Source: Eledone cirrhosa (Eukaryota). Taken from it: a stretch of 64,000 nt of DNA. The DNA lies in contig OZ024740.1 in NCBI GenBank assembly GCA_964016885.1, positions 120,094,001-120,158,000 of the forward strand, written 5' to 3'. Within the stretch, counting starts at the first letter, position 1. Every line of letters begins with the position of its first letter. The notes below the pieces were generated by a model. The model saw only the letters and a list, made by a program, of their open reading frames with translations, made no database searches and was not told the DNA's origin. Both the position numbers and the translations under genes were made by a program. Shown here piece by piece: positions 51,625 to 64,000 of the stretch.

Positions 51625-53559
51625 ATATACATATTATATTGAAAGCACAACTGTACGCAACTTTGTTCTTTATATTAAGGATTTTTCATATTTTCTTTAT
51701 TAATTCTTTGGTTTGAAAAAATATGTTTTTTTAAATCCTTATGCCTGTTAATGTTTCAAGGACTACACAGCTTCACACCTATTGATCATATGCTTTGCAG
51801 TGGTTACAATAAAACACAAGAGTGGTAATAAAATCATAGATGCTTGATTTTAAAACTATTCAATGGTTGAAGTGTGGCAACTATATATTTGAGCTTTTCT
51901 GTATGTTGTAACTATATATTTGAGCTTTTCTGTATGTTGTAATTTGTGGTATATATTTTGATATCAGTAAAGCCTCCATACTTATTCACTTTGTTTTGTC
52001 TAGGATTCTACATAGAATTATACTGTTATCAACAAATGTTTTCCATCTAATTTCGTTGCATGTACTGTAAAATAATATGTTGTAAAGGTTCCTTATTGTA
52101 AGTCAACTGAAGAGTTCTATTCTCAACCACTCAGTTTTGGCTTCAGTATCACTATGTTGCACCTTAGATAAGTGGCTTCTACTATAGCCGCAAGATCAAT
52201 ATGTTGAATAAAATTTGGTATATGGAAACTGTGTGGAAGCCAACTGACTTAGACCATGCTGTGGCACCATGTCTGTATGTGAGTGTGTATGTATATGCAT
52301 GCGTTCATGTCTGTGGTTATGTTTATGGTATGTTTATATACTGTAACTTAGTGGTTTGACAAAAAGCAATCAATAAGATAAGTTCCAAATTAGAAAATAT
52401 TAGTGGGGGGTTGGAGGCATATGCTCAACTAAATCACTTCAAGGCTGTGCTATAGCGTGGCTCAAACAACTAAAGGAATAAAAGAATATATGTGGATGTC
52501 ATATCATCATCATCTTTATTTCCTGTCCACTTTCCGTGCTGGTATAGATTAGACAATTCTTTATGGTAGGAGTCAGTTCTTATTCAAAATAACACACCTA
52601 TTGAATGGCTATTGTTATGTCAACATATTTACAGATTTAATCAGGTGAATTTTATCATGACACTGGAATTAGAGAACACTAAATAATTCTCATTACCCTA
52701 TGTTGTCTCCTGCATGATCATCAACCACTTTACAGAGTACACAGTGTATTTCATTATAGCACCAACACTAGAAATGTTGTCTTGTTCTCACCTAGACTAA
52801 AAGGATCGCTCCACAACAGTCAGCCTGTTCTGTCAATGAAAGCATAACTGAATCACAGAGTGCATGATTTGAAGTGTGTGTGTGAGTTGGGGTGGGGTGG
52901 GGGGTAATTATCAAAAGTTGGATGTGAAGGAGAAAATAGTATGATGGGTTGGGGAGGGGGAGTGAGAGTGGTAAATAAGAGGATATGTAGGAAAACAGCA
53001 TTAACATTGTGAAAGTGTATCAATAGTGATGTGTCAGGATGAGATAGAGTGAATGATGGGCATGAAAGAGGGAGAGAGAGAACAACAGATGCAAATGATG
53101 ATTGTCATCAAATAGGAGAGTAAGTGGTAGTGCTAAATGTCAAGAAGGGATCTGATCAGGGTGAGTTGTAGAGAATGGTGTGAATATGGTCAGAACAAAT
53201 GTCAAATTAAAGGGAGCAACCTGTCTAAGAAAGGAGACCCAAGAGGTGGGGTGTGTGTTGCAGTGGGTTATCTGGCCATACTCCAAGGTAATACATTTGT
53301 CATTTTGTCTGCAGGGCACAGATGAAACACCACTCAGACTGAAGTGTAGTATCTGCCCCCCCCCCCTCTTCCTTTCTTCCTTTATTTAATTCCTTAATTC
53401 AGTTTTATTTTTCTTCATTTCATTTCTTTTTTTGTTACCTTTAATAATTTGTTTTGTTTCTGTATAAAGAGCTTTGAAAATAAAATGTTGAAATACTTTG
53501 TCAAAATAAAGTTAAATTTGATAATGAAGTGGTAATGGTAAAGATAATGATAATAGTAA

Positions 53560-53868
53560 TAATTGTTTTTACTTTTGGCACAATGCCAGCAGTTACTCCA
53601 GTGCATTACTGGTATTATATTTTATTGACCCTGTAAGGATGAAAGGCAAATTTAACCTTGGCGGGATTTGAACTCTATGTGAAAAGCATGGCATCCGACC
53701 CTCTACCAATACTACCAATCCACCACCCTTATAATAATTGTTTCTACTTTTGGCACAAGGTCAGCAATTACCCAGTACATTACTGGTACTTTATTTTATC
53801 AACCCCGTAAGGATGAAAGGCAAAGTTAACCTCGGCAGGATTTGAACTCAGTCTGTAAAGGGACTGTG
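53560..53868 (-). mobile_element. Two tandem SINE family B copies
   Basis: Two successive family B bodies at ~53560-53729 and ~53732-53868. Confidence 0.85.
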
Positions 53869-53944
53869 ATAATAGTAATAATAGCAATGGCTGATAGTAG
53901 AATGATCGGATATGAGGCATCTCCTGTTAATCAGTTTTGGCAGG

Positions 53945-53981
<37 letters not shown>

Positions 53982-53990
<9 letters not shown>

Positions 53991-54101
53991 AATGGCACCT
54001 ACAGGACTAGAACTGTTTCATTCGGGAGAAATCATTAGGAAGCCCTGATGATTTCTCCCGAATGAAACAGTTCTAGTCCTGGAGAAGCCATTTCTATATT
54101 A
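53982..54101. repeat. 120-bp inverted repeat made of two head-to-head hammerhead-like motifs
   Basis: 58-bp arms (53982-54039 and 54044-54101), 4 mismatches, 4-nt spacer. Each arm contains CT(G/A)ATGA...GAAA-CAG...CTG. Confidence 0.9.
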
Positions 54102-54801
54102 AATATTTAATATGCATTGAGTACCTTATTGTGATTACCCCCGATTGAACCTGCAAGAAACATATATATATATGTATATATGTATGTGTGTGCGCGCGCA
54201 TGCATGTGTGTGCATGTGCGTATGTCTGTGCATATACACGTTCTACAACACACACACATATATATATATATATACATACGCAAAGGAAAGGAGGAATAGG
54301 GGGACTAGAAGGAGTAAGAAAGCACAAGGAAGAAGGAATCAGGTGGAATGAGACAGATGGTAGTGTAGAAACAGGATGTTAAGAATTTATCAAACTTCGG
54401 TAAAATATTTAATTTTCATAAATGTATTTTTTCCACCCTTTATTACAGGATGAATTTGATTTTTCTACCTTATCTTTTAATGCCAACGTATATGTATTAC
54501 CATTGATTTTCAATAAACTTTGTATAAATGGGAAATTTTTTTAGAAAATATATATCCGTGTTATTTTTGGCTTGTCTCGTCTAATAAATTCTACAGAATA
54601 GTAGAAAATATGCATGAAAGAAACAGCAATGTAATAACCTTTCACATAAGAATAAATATTACTAACCTGAAGGAAAAGGAAAAGTAAAAAAAAATATAAA
54701 GAAACTAACTCAAATTCCTCTCTCTCTATAGATATATATTTTTATATATGTGTGCGTGTATAATATATATGTGCATATATATGTATATATATGTGTGTGT
54801 G

Positions 54802-54833
<32 letters not shown>

Positions 54834-55863
54834 CGTATTTGTGTATTTTTGTGTACACAAACATTTTAAAGAATCAAAAATAACTACAAAAACTTTCATA
54901 AAATTTTGCGAGAAGATAAAATATTTACTAAAACAAATGATTTATAAATATAAAAAGCATGGAAGACAACAAAACATCTAATGAGGAAATTATTATTTTT
55001 TTGTTTTGAAGTATACTTTAAAGATCTTTAAATGGAAGACTGTAAAAATATATTTAAGGAACTAGTTAATAAGAAAAGAAGTGTGAAATAGAGAGTAATG
55101 TTGGAGATATCTTTAAATTGAATGTAATAAATGAGATATGCCAAAGGTTTAGCAGAGACATTTTTCTCCTATCCAAGTTAAATATGGAAGAATTTATATT
55201 GGCAAGTGAAAATATAATAATAATACAATACAATTTCATAAATCTTTTGATTTTTTCGTGCCATTTATCTCTTTTCCTTGCTGTTGTGTGTGTGTGTGTT
55301 TGTGTGCACATATGTTTTTGTGAGAGGATTTCTGAGTGTGTATGTCTTTGTATTTATATGCATGATGTGAGTCTATTTATACATGCATGTGTGTGAGAGT
55401 ATGCATGCATGAGTATGAGTGTGAAAGTGTATATATGAGAATATATATATAGATATGAATGAGTGTGTATGTGCCCGCATTTAGAAGAAAGTGTGTGTGT
55501 GTGTACTTGTTCATGTGAGAGTGTGTGTATAAGACTGAGTGTGTATGTCTGTGTGAATGTGAGTATGCATGTGTGTGTATTAACATTATTTAGTAATTTT
55601 TCTATTTTGTTTTAGCATTTCCACATTTTCATTCTTTCACTTTAGTGGATATTTTGAAGTTAATGATTGACATTGAAGCTAATGCACTCTACCCCTTCTT
55701 TTTAAATTATCATGCATATTTTATGGAAATAAAATATAAAATATAATAAATTTGTAGTGCAATATTTTAAATTGTAGTTTTACATTGATTTATGATAATA
55801 GTTATGAAAGAAGAAGCAAAGAAAGCAACTACAAATCTATCTCTTCTATAGAAGCTTCAATGA

Positions 55864-55933
<70 letters not shown>

Positions 55934-56559
55934 GAGGTGTATTTTGTTAGTTATGTCATATATATTTAGTAATAAACTTCATTTAAGACCGAGATTCATT
56001 TTCAGAAGCAAATTAGTAAAGTCATTAGAGCATTGGATTAAATATATATGTATTTATTCTTGTCCTCTGTGTTCTGAGTTTAAATCCCACATTCACATTC
56101 CATTCTCATGGGCTAAATGAATTAAGAACTAGTTCAAAGATGGTGGATTCGAAGGGAATTTTTAAAGGGTCAAACTGGATGTTTTGTGGTATCTAATCTG
56201 GCTTTGTAAAGTATGAATTCAAATTTTCCTTCATTCTGTCAGGAGTTGTGAACAATAGATAATATCAGCAATGGAAAGACTATGGAAATATTGTTTCTTC
56301 AATCTGATCTGAAGATCAGCTCTTTTCTTTTTATGATAATAGTCATAAGGGAAGAAAAAATCAACTGCAAATCTATATTTCTGTAGACTGGTGTCCTGTT
56401 CAGTGGGGGAGTCTTGTACTTGCAGTCACTTAACACCACAAAACCAGGATAAGCACTGGCCTGATGAGGCTCTGGACTCGAGACAGGCTTTAGACTTTTT
56501 TTTTCCAATGATCTCTATAATACATTTGAAGTGTTTCTCTAGTTATGCCATATATTTAT

Positions 56560-56770
56560 AATTGTTTGTGATTTAGGCACAAGAACAACAATTTGGGGGG
56601 TGGGGAAATCAAATCGACCCCAATGCATTACTGGTTCTGTATTTTATCAACCCCATAAGGAAGCAAGGCAAAGCTAACATACGTAGGATTTCAACTCAGA
56701 ACATAAAGGGACATAACTATGCTGAAAAGCATGTCTGATGCTCTACCAATTCTGCCAATACACTGACTTA
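56560..56770 (-). mobile_element. Diverged SINE family B-related copy
   Basis: GCATTACTGG...CCCCATAAGG...AACTCAGA...CTCTACCAATTCTGCCAA. Confidence 0.65.
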
Positions 56771-57999
56771 ATGTTATATACTTATCATAAACTTCATTCA
56801 AGTTGGCCATTTCTCTCAGGAAAAAAATAGCTGGAGTATTCAAAGCATTAGATTAAATGCCTCAGTATTTGTTCTTGGTTTCTGTACTCAGATCAAATCC
56901 CCCAAGATCTTTTTTTGCCTTTCATTTTTCTTTTTGTGGGAGGGGCAATCAATTAAATTACAATTTTATAGGTGAAATTGATCTCAATTCGCACCTCTTG
57001 TCACTAGAAAAGCAGTAACATTTCTGCCAGCGTTTGTGACTGACAAATAGTAACAGCAATCAAATATTTTTCTTGATATTTTTTAGCTCTTTTCTGTTCC
57101 CTTACATATTGATTGTTTACTAAGGCAATATCTCATACATTAACATAGATTTTAGGCAATTTGATATTAACCCATGTGAAATTGCCTCAAAATGATGCAA
57201 AATTTATTTCAAAATATCCATATTTAAATTAGAAAATTCCAACATAATTTTATGTAAAAACCTTTTGTTTACTTATGTTACAAACATGAAATTAAAAATG
57301 ACAATATTGATTATTTTACTAAATGACATCAAAGTTTTCATTATTTTCAAAGAATTAATTAAAATCACTGAGAGTGTATTGCATTAGAAATATGGCTATA
57401 AATGGGTTAAATAATAATTGTCAATCAACAAGATGTCTTTATAGATGTGATCTGGGAAATGCTTGTATTGAATTTATGTGAGCGTGTGTAGCACCAACAT
57501 ACATGATATGTGACGAGTATTCAAATAATGGTCACACTTTGATATTATATAGGGTCATCAACTGAGGAGTCTTAAAAAGAAACTTAGGCTTTGGGATACC
57601 GTTTTGGTAATGCTATTTATGTGAGATCATTACAGCTGCCAAGGTCAGTGTTACTATTGTGTCAAATTGGCAGCTACCTGGGGCATAGATTCCAGGGAGA
57701 AGCATTACTAAATTTTAAAGGATCACAGTTTTATACAAAATTGTATATAATAATTTCCTAGTATCAATAACCCCCCCCCCCCCCCAAAAAAAAACATCTC
57801 TTCCACGTAGCAGCTTTGTGGAAATATCCAAAGCAGTGGAGGGGATATATAGTTTTATGACCTGTTACATAATTTATAATGGGTGAAGAATAGGTGATTG
57901 TGGACTATGTTGTGGAAGGGTATAAAGATATCATTTTTTGTTTCTACTTAGTAAATTGTGATCAATTTACAGATTTATGGTGGGATTCAGGAATGGAAA

Positions 58000-60900
58000 G
58001 ATTCAACAGCAACTCAGTAAGTGAACATAGACGTCAGAGAGTGCTCTCAAAATATGCGGCAATTGAGTAAACCACAAATTTTTCAAAGCACATTCAAAAT
58101 GTATAAGGCATATAGGGAAATGAATCTGACAATTCCTTTCATTGATTGCCATTGAAACCAGAAAACAAATCCACTGGAGAAATCTCCTGTGAATTTGTAA
58201 CTCATTTTCAATGCCAATGTTACATCCTAATGTTACAGATTGCACTCAACTGACAGGGTTCAATAATTAACAAGGTGATGGATCTCGGATTAATTTCAAT
58301 CAAAAGAACTACATAATTATTGTATAATGCCTTGCTAAAGAATCTCCCTGTAGCTCTTGCCGTATCTGGGCACACTGAGAAGACCGCAGAATCTGCTACC
58401 CATGAAGTAATTGCCATTGGGGTACCAGAAGACAAGGCTGATCTTCAGGCATTTGCTGCCAGCTCAGCCAAAGACCTAGGCTGTGTTCCCCCAAAGGGTG
58501 CTCTCTGCCTTGGTCGACCTGGTCCAAAACCCAGACTCATCAGGCTGTCTTCTTCGGACCCCACTGAGGCAATTTCATATCATCTGGCCTCTGTTAAAGC
58601 TGGGCGTGAAAATCGGATTACCTTCCAAACACGCCCAGGCCTACCACCTGATGTACGCCCAAAGTTACGTGCTGCAGCTTCCTTGAATCGGAACTCAGCA
58701 CAACATGAAAGTTTTAGTGTGTGTGATGATGGGCAGATCTGGAGGTTTGTTAAGGCTGGTGAAATGTGGAAGAGAGATACCAGCTGGTCTGAGTGCGCTC
58801 TACCCATGATAACTGGCAATGAAAAAACTGCAACAACTCTAGGAAACTAAACCAGAACAACCTGCCATCCACTACACACCATCATAAACTGCAAGCAGGG
58901 TACAAATTGTTGTCCTTAAATGCTCGCAGTTTATGCAACAAGATACATGTGTTTAACTCCTACGTCAGAAGCATCGACCCTGATTTCATCACAGTCACAT
59001 TCCTTACTTTGTGATGGGGTTTTCAGCATACTGGGTATAACTTGCTCAGCAAGAACCGCATTAATCGCCGTAGTGGTGGTGTGATGGTCTACGTTCGTTC
59101 AAATTTTTTGGTAATTCCTTGCGTTGATTTGAACGAATCCCAAGAAAAAGTTTTTTTCTGTGACATACGTATGACCATGTTAATACTTCTGCTTGGTGTT
59201 TTTTATCGCCCCCCCCCCCAAAAAAAAAACTACCATCGGGACATACAGCTTTGTGATATCCTCAGAGCTGCTGCCAGGAAAACAGCCACTTATGTGTTTA
59301 TTGCAGGTAACTTCAATCATCCTGAGATCAATTGGGAAACCTTTCGTTGGCCACAAAGTGCAAACGATTTCCTTGAGCTAGTGCTAGACTCAAACAGGTC
59401 ACAAGTAGTCACCTCTCCAACAAGGGGTGACAACACTTTGGACCTGCTCTTCACCACTACTTCTGAAGTGGTTATCAGTTGTACTACTGAGGAACCTCTA
59501 GGTGACTAATCATGCTATGATCATTGCCAATCTGGCTCTTGCGGGCAGCAACAAAAACCAGAACCATCTCCAATCTGCTTGCTTTGATTGGAAGAAAGCA
59601 GATTGGAACTGGTACTGCACAGAGCTACAGCGCCCAAACTGGCATGAGTTCTATAACTCTGGAGATGTGAACACTATACTCCAGAGCATCCTGGACTCAA
59701 TATGGATAGCGTGTCCAGCATCAGTGCCACGTAACAGAAGAAAAAAAACACCCCAAAAGTGCAATTTGGTAAACTTCAGCGGTCCGACTTGCCAGGAAAG
59801 AATGTCGGAATGCTGAACGGGAATATAAACTGCATAAATTAGATGCCAACAGAAACAAGCGGAATAAATCTTCCAACCATCTCAAGCAAGTGACAAAAAA
59901 GGCAGTGCTTGAATTTGAACAGTGCATAGCAACCAATCCTAACAGTAAGGTGTTCTGGAAATATGTGCATTCAAAGCAGAGACCTCACTCTCCAGTTGGT
60001 CCTCTTCGCAATCCCCACACAAGCCAGATTACTGACGATCCCAAAGAATGTGCAGAACTCATTGCTGAGTGCTATGCAAGCATTTTTACTGTTGAAAACC
60101 AGAATGTACCATCTCCACCATCTCTAACATCAAATTCCATAACAACTATGGAATTTACACCTGCAATGCTGCGACGTCACCTTAAGAATAAGCGCAACTA
60201 TGCCTCCCCTGGTCTTGATGGTGTTACATACCTGCTTCTCAAACGTGGCGGGTACTTCCTTTTGCACCAGCTTTCTTTCTTCTTTCAATACTGTCTCAAC
60301 AATGATGCTACTCCGGAGCAGTGGAAAACTGCCAGTGTCATTCCCCTGTTCAAAAAGGTCGACCGCACGCCACCTGTCAACTATCGTCCAGTCAGTCTAA
60401 CTAGCTGTATTGCCAAACTGATGGAATCCTGTGTCAGAGAAACACTTTGGAACTTCTGGAGCTCTCACAGCCTCATCCGGTCCTCGCAATTTGGATTTAT
60501 CCCTAACTCCAGCTGCTGTGATCAGCTTATCGAGTTCCTTGAAGACATTACACGGATCACTGACAGTGGCTCATGGGTGGATGTTGTTTACCTTGACTTC
60601 GCTAAGGCTTTTAATTCTGTGCCACACAAAAGACTTATGGTGAAACACTCTGTAATGGGTGTGAAGGATGATCTTTTTAACTGGTTGAAATCCTTCATTC
60701 TCAGCCGAAAAGAGGTACTCATGGTTCTAGGACAGCATTCTTCACCATATGAGATGTCATCTGGTGTACCACAGGGATCTGTTCTTTTGTCCCCTTTTGT
60801 TTGTTGCATACATTAATGACATAGATGCCAACTTAAAGAATGCCACAGTACTGAAATATGCAGATGACATCAAGCTGTACCTTGAAATCAAAAGGACAAA

Positions 60901-61515
60901 TCCTGAAATCTATAACTCTTTCCTACAATCAGACCTGGACACAATGCAGCAATGGATCACAGACTGGCAACTGAAGCTGGCTGTTGATAAGTGTACTACC
61001 ATACATTTTGGGAGGAAAAATCCAGCATCCACATAATCCCTCCACAACACTGATATCCTCTTGTGAACGTGACCTGGGCATTACTGTCAGCAACGATTTG
61101 TGTTGGACAAAGCATATCTCTAAAATTGTCAGGAAGGCCGAGGGTTCCTTGGCATTACTCAGCAAGACCTTTGTTAGCCACTCTCCAGTCATCTATTTAA
61201 AGCATCATCAGTCTGGAACCCCTATCTTGCTCAGAACATTGACCTCCTGGAACTGTTCAGAGACGTGCAACCTAGCGCATATACCCTCCATCAGACACCT
61301 ACCATACTCTGAACGCCTTGCTTCCCTGGGCATGGATTCATTGAAGCTCCGACGTCTGGCAATGGACTTGGTAAACACCCACAAAGTTATTAACCATCTC
61401 GCCAACAACAACCCTGAGCACCTTTTTGATCTCCATGTGTCTAACACATGTGGACATGCCTACAAAGTCAGAAAACAGCACAGCTCCCATGACTTTCGGA
61501 AACATTTTTTCACGA
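58000..61515 (+). mobile_element. CR1-like LINE (ORF1 remnant + APE/RT ORF2), frameshifted, 3' end missing
   Basis: Putative ORF1 at 58320-58850. APE: LNARSL, GGVMVYV, GVFYRPP, AGNFNHP, PTRGDNTLDL. RT: SPGLDG, NYRPVSLTS, QFGF, YLDFAKAFNSVPH, SGVPQGS, YADD. Confidence 0.92.
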
Positions 61516-61688
61516 GGGAAGTTGCAGTTGAGGACAACCAAGAAAAACCTGGGCAGGGATTGTGAGAGCTGACCTCAAATCGTTAAGACTGGCAGAGTAG
61601 ATGATGAAGGTATGCTGTGCTAAGAAGGACACATCCAACCCATCCAGGCATGGAAAAGTGAATCTAAACGATTATGATGATGATGATA
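61516..61688 (+). mobile_element. RTE subfamily A 3' tail fragment
   Basis: GQPRKTWAGIVRADLKSLRL, homologous to ~5325-5385, with a (GAT)n tail. Confidence 0.75.
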
Positions 61689-61693
61689 ATATA

Positions 61694-61918
61694 TCATCAT
61701 CATCATCGTTTAACGTCTATCTTCCACGCTAGCATAGGTTAGATGGGTTTGTCCAACTTGAGGCAAGATTGGCCGGGTGACTGTGTCTCGCTTGTATAGA
61801 ATTATTTCTGGATGGTTTTCTACAGCAGGATGCCTTCCTAATGCCAACCACATGTACAGCGTGGACTGGGAGCTTTTTTACCGTGTCTTCTACACGACCA
61901 CTTTACAGTGTGGACTGT
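61694..61918 (-). mobile_element. RTE subfamily B 3'UTR / non-autonomous derivative
   Basis: Homologous to 1-240 and 63286-63580. Confidence 0.75.
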
Positions 61919-61944
61919 ATATGTATATGTATGTATACATATTT

Positions 61945-62830
61945 GCGAAACAGACCACCTTGGCACCCTATAGTATAGGGCCTCTTTTCCATAAAACAGG
62001 TTACCTGACGCCAGACACCCAAGAGATATGTGAACCACTAAAAGAACAACACAAAAGTGCTTTCACATCTTGAATGAGTCACATGCAAAAAATAAGCCAG
62101 ATGAGTTCTTCAACACAACTGCATTACACAGAGAAATGACAACCAATAACTACATAGATATAAAGATGAAGGATGTAATATCAGCCATAGAAGATATAAT
62201 GCCAAATTCAGTAGCTAGCCTTGATGATTTCCCAACAATCCTTCTAGAAACATGCAAAAACCACTGGGGATCTTTTTTCCAAATGTCCCTTGCAAATAGT
62301 AAAGTACCCAGAAAATTAAAAGAAGGCATAATATGTCCTATCCATAAGGAGGAAGCAGGGTAGATGCTAAAAACTACAGACCTGTCCCTCTGATTTAACA
62401 TATCAGCAAGTCATGGAATGAATCATCAGAAGGAAACTAATCACGTTTCTAGAGGAAAATGATGTTCTAACTGATACTCAGCATGGCTTTCACCCAGGCA
62501 GAAGTTGACTTACTCAGCTCTTACAGCATTATGACTGGATATTCAAACAGCTGCTAAACCAGTCAAACATAGATGTGATATATCTCAACTTTGCGAAGGC
62601 TTAAGACAAGGTTGAGCATGGAATGATGTGTCATGAACTGCGTCTCAACTTTGCGAAGGCTTATGACAAGGTTGAGCATGGAATGATATCTCATGAATTG
62701 CGTAGTTTTGGAATAGCTGGTAAACTTGGTGAATGGTGTCATGGCTGGTTAAAATACAGAAGCCAGACTGGCTCAAAAGAAATGTCCAGGAAGAATCGAA
62801 ATCCCAGAGTCAAAATCAATAGGGGATCCG
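61945..62830 (+). mobile_element. Degraded CR1/L2-group LINE RT fragment with an internal 60-bp tandem duplication
   Basis: NYRPVPL, QHGF and LNFAKAYDKVEHG motifs. 62583-62642 is repeated at 62643-62702. Confidence 0.75.
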
Positions 62831-62860
62831 AGTATTGACATGAGTAATGATGCATCGTTG

Positions 62861-63060
62861 NNNNNNNNNNNNNNNNNNNNNNNNNNNNNNNNNNNNNNNN
62901 NNNNNNNNNNNNNNNNNNNNNNNNNNNNNNNNNNNNNNNNNNNNNNNNNNNNNNNNNNNNNNNNNNNNNNNNNNNNNNNNNNNNNNNNNNNNNNNNNNNN
63001 NNNNNNNNNNNNNNNNNNNNNNNNNNNNNNNNNNNNNNNNNNNNNNNNNNNNNNNNNNNN
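62861..63060. other. Assembly gap (200 N)
   Basis: Run of N. Confidence 1.
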
Positions 63061-63123
63061 TGGCCTCAGCCCCTTGGCTGAACACATAGTGCAAAAATAG
63101 TATAATAGAATATACACACACAA

Positions 63124-63162
<39 letters not shown>

Positions 63163-63285
63163 ATTACATACTTTTAGTCATATATAGATACACTGTGGTT
63201 GTCAAAATCACATTCATGTTGCATTCATCAGCCTGTATCTGATGTTTTTCTTCTACAAGTTCTATGATGAATATTATTACACACA

Positions 63286-63580
63286 TCATCATCATGATCA
63301 TCGTTTAACGTCCATATTCCACGCTTGCATGGGTTTGGACGGGAGTTTTCCCACTTGAGGCAAGAGTGGTTGTTTTGCTCGCATAGGACTGTCTGGCGGG
63401 TTTTCTACGGCTGGATGCCCTTCCTAACACCAACCACATTTACAGTGTGGAACTGGGAGGTTGTTATCGTGTTACCTACACGGCCACATTACAGCGTGGA
63501 CTGTGTGTTTTTTTGTCGTGACACCTACACAACCTCATTTGTTTCGGGCTGGTTGTTGTGGTACCAACATAACTTTACAT
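63286..63580 (-). mobile_element. RTE subfamily B 3'UTR (5'-truncated copy)
   Basis: Reverse complement closely matches 17540-17830. Confidence 0.85.
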
Positions 63581-63800
63581 ATATACACATATACACATAT
63601 ATATATATACATACATAGATAATTACATATATACATATGCATGCTTATACAAATACACTACAATGGCATAATACAGATCATATAAAAATATTTAATGATG
63701 AGATAAATTATATAAAAATATTTTTACAATATATATAGTATTAAGTTATATAAATTAGAAAGATTTAGGTATTCAGGAGAAAACAAGAAAATCTTCTTAC

Positions 63801-63950
63801 TTTCATTTGGCTTCTTGCCATTTAGAGACCTACGATACCAGGTCACATTGGGATGTGGTGTTCCACTCACATTACACACAAGGCTTATTGTATCCCCCTC
63901 TTTGGCAGTTTTATCTTTACTTGACAACTCAGTATTAAGTGTTGGCTGGA
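63801..63950 (-). CDS. Internal exon (N-terminal half of the same Ig domain) of a lachesin/DIP/IgLON-like protein
   Basis: Acceptor tcatttacag, 150 bp, phase 1-1, donor A|gtaaga. Reads xQPTLNTELSSKDKTAKEGDTISLVCNVSGTPHPNVTWYRRSLNGKKPNE with the B-strand Cys and C-strand Trp. Splices in frame to 46379 or 46433. Confidence 0.92.
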
Positions 63951-64000
63951 CTGTAAATGAGGAAATATCATATTAAGACATTGAAGAAAGCACTGCTATA

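Noticed and set aside
56455-56495. CTGATGA…GAGAC hammerhead candidate
   Set aside because: GAAA is absent and there is no stem I/III topology; it lies in the tail of an old SINE.
62773-63145. ORFs spanning X residues
   Set aside because: Artefacts of the 200-N assembly gap.

Overview
AT-rich animal genomic DNA. The repeat landscape (RTE LINEs with (GAT)n tails, tRNA-derived SINEs, Penelope, mariner, CR1, dense (TA)n/(CA)n and trinucleotide microsatellites) suggests an octopod cephalopod; this is inference only. The only convincing host coding sequence is two minus-strand phase-1/phase-1 exons (63801-63950 and 46251-46379) that together encode one Ig domain of a lachesin/DIP/IgLON-like adhesion protein. 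The rest is intronic or intergenic and packed with mobile elements: a near full-length RTE with a PHD-type finger inside the RT, a DD34D mariner with unusually long 103-bp TIRs, a Penelope with an open GIY-YIG frame and a minimal hammerhead motif, a GC-rich CRE-clade element, a CR1-like LINE and at least three SINE families. The most interesting signals are: (i) a covarying pseudoknot+hairpin RNA module shared by an RTE 5'UTR, a SINE body and, tandemly multiplied, the 3'UTR of a second RTE subfamily; (ii) hammerhead motifs, including a head-to-head pair forming a 120-bp hairpin; (iii) a duplicated in-frame splice acceptor in the Ig exon; (iv) a palindrome whose two arms each carry a SINE at the same symmetric site. 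Most ORFs in the supplied track are microsatellite or antisense artefacts. Boundaries of degraded elements are approximate, and no database searches were run.
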